A DNA stretch of 63,873 nucleotides, filler included, from Octopus bimaculoides (lineage: Eukaryota): NCBI RefSeq assembly GCF_001194135.2. It is 8 parts of 7 records of this genome, joined end to end, with 100 filler letters (N's around TTAATTAATTAA, not from the genome) between each part and the next. Parts side by side here need not be neighbours in the genome. Positions count along the whole stretch, not along the records: positions 54,038 to 62,557 come from NW_026405182.1; positions 62,658 to 63,873 come from NW_026363864.1; 6 more parts are not named here. One strand, 5' to 3'. How positions within the stretch are numbered: the first letter of the stretch is position 1; every line of letters starts with the position of its first letter. The translations under genes were made by a program, and so were the position numbers. Below, one piece after another: positions 53,938 through 63,873 of the stretch. Below the pieces are notes generated by a model that had not been told where the DNA came from, did no database searches, and saw only the letters and a list, made by a program, of their open reading frames with translations.

Positions 53938-54689
53938 NNNNNNNNNNNNNNNNNNNNNNNNNNNNNNNNNNNNNNNNNNNNTTAATTAATTAANNNNNNN
54001 NNNNNNNNNNNNNNNNNNNNNNNNNNNNNNNNNNNNNATATTTATCTATATATATATACATACATACATTCATACATATATGTACACATATAAATTGCAA
54101 TGTTTACGTAGGTATGCTTGGACGCCTGAGGGTTTTAAGATTTTGTTTAATAAACAAAAGATTAAGAATGAGATAAATTGAACAACATCCGAGCTTGAAA
54201 CCAAATAAAAGAACTTGTTGTGACTCGTTGATAATTATGTTTAACAATTGTAACTTGTCTTCGGTACTTTTGCCAATGGCATTCTGAAATTCTTCGATGG
54301 TTTAATAGTTCCCAGACCGAGAGAATTACACGGCAATTATGGCTTAATCTGTGATATATAAGGAAAGCAGGAAGAACAAAATGGTATATTTACCTCGGTT
54401 CCACTACAAACGCAGTAATTGATTCGAAGAATGGTAAATTAATAGCCAGAAAAGCTCACATTTATTGGATAAGCCTCTATAGATACCTGCAAGACATTTC
54501 CGAACGTAAAACTTACACCAAACTTGCCAGACATTTAAACATTTAAAATATTTTTGTCTTTATTATAAACTCTTGGAATCTTGTCTTCTTTGGTTTCAAT
54601 AATACTTTGTTCAAATAACAGTAAAATCTGTCGGTCTGTCCGTCTGTCCGTTCGTCTTTCTGTCTGTCCGTTCGTCTTTCTGTCTGTCT

Positions 54690-54714
54690 GTCTATCTGTC
54701 TGTCTATCTGTCTG

Positions 54715-54770
<56 letters not shown>

Positions 54771-54772
54771 CC

Positions 54773-54815
<43 letters not shown>

Positions 54816-54946
54816 NNNNNNNNNNNNNNNNNNNNNNNNNNNNNNNNNNNNNNNNNNNNNNNNNNNNNNNNNNNNNNNNNNNNNNNNNNNNNNNNNNNNN
54901 NNNNNNNNNNNNNNNNNNNNNNNNNNNNNNNNNNNNNNNNNNNNNN

Positions 54947-55012
<66 letters not shown>
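54690..55012. repeat. (TCTG/TCTA)n and (CT)n, N gap, (GA)n
   Basis: Direct inspection. Confidence 0.9.
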
Positions 55013-55016
<4 letters not shown>

Positions 55017-55117
55017 TGAATTATATCTATATGATGCAAGGCATAGAATTCTTTCGTTCTTTTAATATATAAAAATCATTTTTGTCGCGAGAATTCTTGA
55101 TATTGCCTGAAAATAGT

Positions 55118-55149
<32 letters not shown>

Positions 55150-55442
55150 TGGTTTTATATATGTATAAAATGTATATATATACCACGCTTAAACATACAC
55201 GCACATACACATATACACATGCATATATACGCATTAGTAATGAACTGGAAGTATGAGTATTCAATACTAGGAGGGTGGATTCTTTTTTTTACGATGATGT
55301 GTTATATTTTCGGAACCTAAGTTTTCATGCAGACAAACTTCAGCAATTATTCAGTCAAAATTCAAACCTCAAATGACAATCCACTGAGTCCCATTGCCAG
55401 CAGATTGTTAAAATCGTTAAGTAATAAAGTAGATGGTAACTT

Positions 55443-55540
55443 CACGTGGTTGTTTCACTATCAAGTCACGTGATCTCACGTGGTCGAGGGGTTATTGGTC
55501 GGTGGGCGCCGGTGCCTCTCTCATTCTTACTCACCTTTCG
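55443..55540. promoter_or_regulatory. Candidate regulatory cluster: three CACGTG E-boxes, reverse CCAAT, GC-rich patch, minus-strand splice donor
   Basis: CACGTG at 55443, 55467 and 55477; ATTGG at 55494; ggtgggcgccgg at 55501; the minus strand reads AAG|GTGAGT with the boundary at 55535/55534. Confidence 0.3.
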
Positions 55541-57169
55541 TTATCATCCTCATCACATTAATGTCTTTGTCCAGCCCGCAGCTACTACTCTATGTACAGC
55601 CCTTGTGGCTAATTTCAATGAAATAAAGTCATGTGATCTCCTTTCTTGTATGTGCCCGACCAATGCAACGACATTGCAGCGCCATCCAAGGAACTATCTC
55701 CAACTTCTCAATGACCAATGATTCTCGAGTGAGGTGGCTTGATGTGTGATCCCGCGGTCTAAAGAAATAGCAGCCAAATATATCTTAAATTCATCCAAAC
55801 CTTATAAAAATCAAAGGACATTATATAATGGAGTTGTAGGTATAATGTCCAAAAGACAGGGATGGTCATGTCTGGAATGTCTTTATCATAGATCATCATT
55901 ACAGGATACACACGGGGTTATATATGTGATGTGGTTGTGGTGGTGGCTGTGGTAGTGGTTGTGGTGATGATAGTGATAGTGGTAGTGGTGGTGATGGTGG
56001 TGATGGTGGTGATGGTGGCGGTGTTGGTAGTGGAGGTGGTTGTGGTGTACAAGTCAATAGTGATGATGATGATGATATTGATGATTGTTGTTGTGGTAGT
56101 GGTGGTGGGAATATTGGCAACGGTGGCAGTGGAAATTGCAACGCTACTGACTGCGGCGGCGGCGGCGGTGACGGTGGTGGTGGTGGTGGTGGTGGTCGTG
56201 ATGATGAAGGTAGTGCCGATGAGGATGCTGGGNNNNNNNNNNNNNNNNNNNNNNNNNNNNNNNNNNNNNNNNNNNNNNNNNNNNNNNNNNNNNNNNNNNN
56301 NNNNNNNNNNNNNNNNNNNNNNNNNNNNNNNNNNNNNNNNNNNNNNNNNNNNNNNNNNNNNNNNNNNNNNNNNNNNNNNNNNNNNNNNNNNNNNNNNNNN
56401 NNNNNNNNNNNNNNNNNNNNNNNNNNNNNNNNNNNNNNNNNNNNNNNNNNNNNNNNNNNNNNNNNNNNNNNNNNNNNNNNNNNNNNNNNNNNNNNNNNNN
56501 NNNNNNNNNNNNNNNNNNNNNNNNNNNNNNNNNNNNNNNNNNNNNNNNNNNNNNNNNNNNNNNNNNNNNNNNNNNNNNNNNNNNNNNNNNNNNNNNNNNN
56601 NNNNNNNNNNNNNNNNNNNNNNNNNNNNNNNNNNNNNNNNNNNNNNNNNNNNNNNNNNNNNNNNNNNNNNNNNNNNNNNNNNNNNNNNNNNNNNNNNNNN
56701 NNNNNNNNNNNNNNNNNNNNNNNNNNNNNNNNNNNNNNNNNNNNNNNNNNNNNNNNNNNNNNNNNNNNNNNNNNNNNNNNNNNNNNNNNNNNNNNNNNNN
56801 NNNNNNNNNNNNNNNNNNNNNNNNNNNNNNNNNNNNNNNNNNNNNNNNNNNNNNNNNNNNNNNNNNNNNNNNNNNNNNNNNNNNNNNNNNNNNNNNNNNN
56901 NNNNNNNNNNNNNNNNNNNNNNNNNNNNNNNNNNNNNNNNNNNNNNNNNNNNNNNNNNNNNNNNNNNNNNNNNNNNNNNNNNNNNNNNNNNNNNNNNNNN
57001 NNNNNNNNNNNNNNNNNNNNNNNNNNNNNNNNNNNNNNNNNNNNNNNNNNNNNNNNNNNNNNNNNNNNNNNNNNNNNNNNNNNNNNNNNNNNNNNNNNNN
57101 NNNNNNNNNNNNNNNNNNNNNNNNNNNNNNNNNNNNNNNNNNNNNNNNNNNNNNNNNNNNNGCACAACA

Positions 57170-57304
<135 letters not shown>

Positions 57305-57738
57305 GTGCATGTATGTAATTCAAGACATCCTTTAGTTTAAAATGGTTAAAGAAACCTAACAACATCTCTCTATTGTAACAGCAATTTACCCGCAAGGTTT
57401 TATATTTAAACTGAGAATGCAATACAAAATATAGAATAAAGAATTCTTCACTTTCCATTTTCCATCCGTATTGATAAACATTGCTCAATGATTCCACCAG
57501 CACCAAACCTTCGCGAAAGTTTCCTTTCGGTTATTGTTTTCTTCTCATTCTTCTATTGTTATTCCATAATCGACCAACGATACCTTGAAAAGTTCCTTAA
57601 CACAACAATGTCCATGAAGTATGGAACGGTTTGTTATACATACATACATACATGAATACATACATAACAGTACATGTATATATACTTATGTATATCTGCA
57701 CGTATATGTGCATATATACGTATATATACACACGTGAA

Positions 57739-57777
<39 letters not shown>

Positions 57778-59177
57778 NNNNNNNNNNNNNNNNNNNNNNN
57801 NNNNNNNNNNNNNNNNNNNNNNNNNNNNNNNNNNNNNNNNNNNNNNNNNNNNNNNNNNNNNNNNNNNNNNNNNNNNNNNNNNNNNNNNNNNNNNNNNNNN
57901 NNNNNNNNNNNNNNNNNNNNNNNNNNNNNNNNNNNNNNNNNNNNNNNNNNNNNNNNNNNNNNNNNNNNNNNNNNNNNNNNNNNNNNNNNNNNNNNNNNNN
58001 NNNNNNNNNNNNNNNNNNNNNNNNNNNNNNNNNNNNNNNNNNNNNNNNNNNNNNNNNNNNNNNNNNNNNNNNNNNNNNNNNNNNNNNNNNNNNNNNNNNN
58101 NNNNNNNNNNNNNNNNNNNNNNNNNNNNNNNNNNNNNNNNNNNNNNNNNNNNNNNNNNNNNNNNNNNNNNNNNNNNNNNNNNNNNNNNNNNNNNNNNNNN
58201 NNNNNNNNNNNNNNNNNNNNNNNNNNNNNNNNNNNNNNNNNNNNNNNNNNNNNNNNNNNNNNNNNNNNNNNNNNNNNNNNNNNNNNNNNNNNNNNNNNNN
58301 NNNNNNNNNNNNNNNNNNNNNNNNNNNNNNNNNNNNNNNNNNNNNNNNNNNNNNNNNNNNNNNNNNNNNNNNNNNNNNNNNNNNNNNNNNNNNNNNNNNT
58401 ATATATATGCACACATACATATATACACACATATATATAAGCATTTATATACATATACACACACACATATATGTGTGTATATATACATATACGTGGGTAT
58501 CTATATGTGCGTGCGTGTGTGTATGTGTGTGAATATTTGCATGTCTATTCGCGTATGCTTTTATGCATCTATGGACATGTATGTTTCTCTTCCACCATAT
58601 ATATATGCGCTGTATGTGAAAGACTTATATGGATTCCTTTAAATTGTTAGCCGAGAAAAAATCCCCTGCTGAATCGTTCTAAAGAATTCTTTGTAGTTGT
58701 ATTGAGAAAGTCATCACTGGTACCATTATATAATTGTATTTCATTAATATTGACTAACTAGTAAGAGCTGCTTACTCTAGCGCTGATGTGAGACACACGC
58801 ACGCACACGAGCACATACATATACATACACAGACACAAACACATTTCTATATATATATATATGCGTCTGTGTGTGTTTGTCTCCCTTCACCGCTTGACAA
58901 CCCATGTTACTTTGTTCATGTCCCGGTTACCTAGCGGTTCAGCAAAAGAAACCAATAGAATAACTGACAGGCTTAAAAACAATAAGTGTTGGACCAATTT
59001 CATTCGGCAAAACATTCTTCAAGACGGTGCCCCAGCTTGGCCGCAGCCAAATGAGCGAAACGGGCATAAAATAAAAAAAAACATAAGATAAACGACCAAC
59101 GTCCACATTATTTCAATGTAAATGATAACCTGAATTGTGACCATGACGACTATGAGGTTGATAATGAAAATGATAAT

Positions 59178-59400
59178 AACAAGAGCACTCAGAGAGCGCA
59201 AACATCCGCCAAAGCAACACCAACGTCCTCTCAGCGATTAGCCGGAAATGATTTTTAAAATGAGAATATCTGAAAGAAACTCGACTGCCCTTATAAACGA
59301 GAATACTAAAAATGAACCCAACCGCTCTCAAAAATTAAACCAGAAAAAGCAGAAAAATAATCAAGAACCCTTGTCCGGTACCTGAACGATCCCAATGGTA
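59178..59400 (+). mobile_element. Helentron-associated (HINE/DINE-1-like) element, 5' part
   Basis: Starts taacaagagcactcagagagcgcaaacatccgccaaagc (subterminal repeat) and shares aataatc.agaa.ccttgtccggtacc with 59990-60045. Confidence 0.55.
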
Positions 59401-59904
59401 GTCATGGAATGTGAAGGTGGGTGTGTGGGCCGTGTTTGTAATGCTGTGTGTGTGTGTGTGTGTGTGTGTGTATTGTCTGCAGTGGGAACAGGGAAAGTTT
59501 TTTTTCTATGAAGGCCATTTTTAGTCTATCCACTGATATAGTGTCTTTACGACCATTAAGGTCTATAGTGAAAAATTTATCCGTGCGAGAAAGAAAACGG
59601 AAAGGACCTGCATACGGTGCTGTTAACAGAGGTTTAACAATAACGTGAGTCCAAGAAATAAAGCTTCCTTCAAGGCAGAGCTAGAAATGCAATTGTCAAG
59701 TAGGTAAGAGGTTTTAAACAGGAGTGACATGTTCAAAATTGGTAAAACTAAAAATTGTTGAGGATAAATTAAATTTATTATTGTTACTGAACATGTTAGT
59801 GTTATTTAATTTCAGAACGATTCTGCTGCCGTTTGTTTATGTAGTCTGATTCCTTTATCCATCAGTTTCCACTAAGACAACGCGAGTAGAATTAATAATA
59901 GAAA

Positions 59905-60207
59905 AACAAACCATGAGCGTGCTTTCAAAGGAGATAATTAGAAAAAGACTTGAAAGTCAACATAAAATCGTAATGCTTCATGTAAAGTAAAGTAAATATA
60001 ACAAATAATCCAGAATCCTTGTCCGGTACCGGATCGATCCCAAAATGTAATAAGTTCGTGCCAGTCACCAGGTTAAACATTCCTGAAAGTTTCATCCGAA
60101 TCCATCCAGCGGTTCTTGAGATACCTTGTCCACGGACAGACAAACAAACAAACAAACAAACAAATACGACTGAAAACAAAACCTCTGCTTTCGCTAAGGT
60201 AGACGTA
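59905..60207 (+). mobile_element. HINE/DINE-1-like element, 3' part
   Basis: gtttcatccgaatccatccagcggttcttgagata..ggacagacaaacaaac microsatellite, then gaaaacaaaacctctgctttcgctaaggtagacgtaa degenerate 3' hairpin. Confidence 0.6.
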
Positions 60208-60645
60208 ATAATGATGATGATAATGATGACGACGACGACGATGATGTTGTTGATGATGATAATGATGACGATGATGATGAATATAATTGTTCTGAATACG
60301 GAGCAGCCACTTTAGTATGATCAAACGACGTATATTTGACTTGAAGTCTCCGGTCTTCTAATCATCAGTTGCAAATTACGAATGACCAAACGCACAGACG
60401 TAATTACTGACCAGGTAAAATTTGTTAGTCAGGATTAAAATGTTTTCCCCACAGGAATATTGGTGCAAAATACCCCAAAGGAGCATTCTGCATACTAAAT
60501 ACAAATCCAGTACTGTCTCACATAAGTAACACAGTGAGTTGATAAACTTTGATCATCTCAGATAATCCATACAATGGGTAGAGAAAATGCTGCATCTTGT
60601 GATGTTTAAAATGTAAGAAGGAAGGGAGACAACTCGAAGTTTATG

Positions 60646-61375
<730 letters not shown>

Positions 61376-61877
61376 TGAGGAGAAAGTTAGGGGGAGAGGG
61401 AGATGATGATGGTGGTGGCGGTGGTGGTGAAAAGTGTATTTTTTAAAATTGAACTAAGATTTTTTTATATCACCTATCACTTAACGCATGCGCAATAAGT
61501 GCAATCCCGTGAAATATTCATGCTTTTTTATGTGGAAGATATATGCAATTTAACTAGAGATTGTATTATATATACGGCGATATTTTTTTTTGTTCATGAG
61601 AAAAATGGAAAAATAAGTGTTGTGTCTATAAAATTGTCTATATAATTGTCTATAAAATTGTGCATAAAGTATATAAAGTGTATTAAGTAATCATCATATT
61701 CCAATTTCGTTTAGTTATCAGTGGGTAACAGATGAGCGACTATCTTTCCTTACAGACACAACACAGCCTACGATTTCAGGTTTTTTGGATAGTTTTCAGA
61801 GATGACTCAATAGGTTTACCATTAATTCTATGAAATATTCACTGGTCCCGCTAGTAATAATAGTAATAGTAATAATG

Positions 61878-61946
<69 letters not shown>

Positions 61947-62848
61947 GTAATAATAATAATCATAATAATAAGCGATATGTATACGTAATCAAAAGAAAAA
62001 GAAGAAAAAAAAATACATGATTTCACCCCTCCCCACGAAATAAAACTCGCAAATGGTACCATTAAAGGCGATGTAATGAATTAAGAAAATTGTTAGTTCA
62101 ACCACCTACTCTGAAGATATGGAGTAGAGTAAGACAAAGAGGTAGAGAAGGAATGGGAAAGGAGATAAAGAGGAAGAGAGACGAAGATAATTTTACAAAC
62201 ATTTAGGTAACTGACACATGGTCGGTCAATCTCCTAAAAATAGAAGGTAAAAATCCCAAAAATCAAATTGCCAAGTCTTAAGAACAGTAAAGTTCCTGAC
62301 ATACAGATGATAGGATTTTCATGAGTGGAAAGCCTTTCCTCATCGTTTTCATTATTATACCACTGATCGAGATGCGTGAACTGCAAGGCATATCGGCTAC
62401 ATTTTCCTAAACTCACCAGCCATCACCTTAAACCTTAAATTAGGTGAAATAATGTTGTGAGATATATTCGCATATAGGCAACCAAACGAAGTCTCACACA
62501 CTTAGAAACGCACCTCATACTAACGTCAATGTTGTGATCGCTCTTTTGTTGATATATNNNNNNNNNNNNNNNNNNNNNNNNNNNNNNNNNNNNNNNNNNN
62601 NTTAATTAATTAANNNNNNNNNNNNNNNNNNNNNNNNNNNNNNNNNNNNNNNNNNNNTCTTACCATGCAGCCATACACACACACACGCATTCAAGAGTTT
62701 GACAACAGGAAGTGCATGTGGCTGTAAAATCTTGCCTCAAACAAGTTTCCATCTAACTCCTGCTAGCATGAAAACAGAAAAAGTCAAGGGTTAAATGACT
62801 AAATATATGTAACATACTGAAGGAAAGTACTTTAAGAAGTATTCCATG

Positions 62849-63265
62849 TACTGTTCTATATTTTAGAAATGAAGAATTATTTACATTATTTACATTGGAT
62901 GGATATGTCCTCATCTTGCTTGTTGCTGCCACAACGTTTTGGCTGATTTACTCTCCAGCCTTCATCAGGTGTCCTGGTNNNNNNNNNNTTTACTCTCCAG
63001 CCTTCATCAGGTGTCCTGGTGGAATTTTGAACCCAACTTTGGGTTCTCATTCCTAAGGTATATGATTATTATTGTTCAGTAGTTTTATTTTTATAACATG
63101 CTTTCACTTCNNNNNNNNNNNNNNNNNNNNNNNNNNNNNNNNNNNNNNNNNNNNNNNNNNNNNNNNNNNNNNNNNNNNNNNNNNNNNNNNNNNNNNNNNN
63201 NNNNNNNNNNNNNNNATTATTATTATTATTATTATTTATTCAAGGCACTACCTGGAATTGAACTC
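62849..63265 (-). mobile_element. Second, inverted copy of the Penelope-like terminal module, with a degenerate hammerhead and an R4/Dong insertion
   Basis: Minus strand reads gagttcaattccaggtagtgccttgaata (B-box and head end), (AAT)n, inserted Dong 3' end, then ataccttaggaatgagaaccca...ggacacCTGATGAAggctg...cagccAAAAcgttgtgg and the same tail as 16890-16985. The GAAA core is mutated to AAAA. Confidence 0.7.
63074..63110 (-). mobile_element. R4/Dong copy-C-type extreme 3' end inside the (AAT)n tract of the hammerhead module
   Basis: gttcagtagttttatttttataacatgctttcacttc matches the copy C 3' terminus; ATT repeats lie on both sides (63065-73 and 63216-36) and the rest is in an N gap. Confidence 0.75.
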
Positions 63266-63420
63266 ACAAAAAATCAGGTATAGCTGATCATGTATGGAAA
63301 AGTGGAGACCACCTTCTCCCGTGCGATGAAGTTAAAATAATAGACAGCGAACACCATTGGAAAATAGGAAAACTAAAAGAAACAGCACATATACTAGGAC
63401 ACAACAACCTCCTAAACAGG
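63266..63420 (+). mobile_element. Penelope-like element GIY-YIG endonuclease C-terminal fragment
   Basis: Open frame KKSGIADHVWKSGDHLLPCDEVKIIDSEHHWKIGKLKETAHILGHNNLLNR matches the PLE C-terminal pattern (KSxxAxH..W..GH...I..E.....KEAxHI.....LNR). It abuts the inverted terminal module and is cut off by a SINE at 63421. Confidence 0.75.
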
Positions 63421-63873
63421 AGGTTGATAAATTAAGTACCAGTTGTGTAAAGGGTTGATCTAATCGACTGGCCCCCTTCCCCAAAATTTCAGGACATGTG
63501 CCTAGAGTAGAAAATACAATAAGTAATGCCTCACGCTGTAATGGGACTCTAAAAGTCAAACTACTTCAATAAATATACACAGGCACCGAACTCATGGGAA
63601 TGAAGACAGAAGAGGTTCCTTTAAAAAAAGGGTTTAGTTGTATAACATTAATGATTTCATGGTCAGCATGTATAATATGCTCTCCAATCATCAGTACAAC
63701 ATAACCAGAAAATATAAATATATACATCTCCACATATTAAGCAAACACCAATGCATCCAGCAGAGAATATACAAATATTCACACTTATATATCCATGGAA
63801 AGGGGGCTTCTCATGTTCATCTCGGCTGCACGTGTATAATCAGAACAATTCAGCACTGAATAAATTCCGGATT

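Noticed and set aside
55478-55498. ER stress element (CCAAT-N9-CCACG) on the minus strand
   Set aside because: The spacing is 10 nt, not 9; kept only as part of a generic motif cluster.
60455-60545. Candidate downstream CYP exon (ttttccccacAG...YPKGAFCIL)
   Set aside because: Only superficial similarity to IPKG; there is no ExxR or PERF context and the frames close quickly.
62941-63020. Apparent tandem duplication of the hammerhead 5' half, which would suit a dimeric ribozyme
   Set aside because: The duplicated ~30 bp flank a 10-N gap, the usual signature of unmerged overlapping contig ends.

Overview
AT-rich, microsatellite-dense animal genomic DNA from a gapped draft assembly. The repeat landscape looks like an octopus or other coleoid cephalopod (inference). 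Seven 100-bp joins (44 N + TTAATTAATTAA + 44 N) and many other N gaps split the window into independently assembled pieces. The only host gene I can support is three consecutive + strand exons (41045-41178, 44322-44442, 45503-45660) of a clan-3 (CYP3A-like) cytochrome P450, covering the G helix to the I helix (AGYETT); its other exons are not visible. The rest is mostly decayed transposons (hAT, two mariners, a maT/Tc1-type fragment, RTE and L1/Tx1-like LINE ends, Helentron-type HINE pieces, MITEs), several tRNA-derived SINE families and simple repeats. Two things stand out. (1) A Penelope-like terminal-repeat module occurs twice (16890-17325 and 62849-63265). It combines a tRNA-like Pol III A/B-box head, an (AAT)n tract and a minimal type I hammerhead ribozyme; the second copy abuts a Penelope GIY-YIG endonuclease fragment. 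(2) Five diverged R4/Dong-type RLE retrotransposon 3' ends are stacked head-to-tail between (AAT)n tracts (about 18440-22145), and one of these subfamilies has also invaded the (AAT)n tract of the hammerhead module. Most ORFs in the supplied track are microsatellite or N-gap artefacts.
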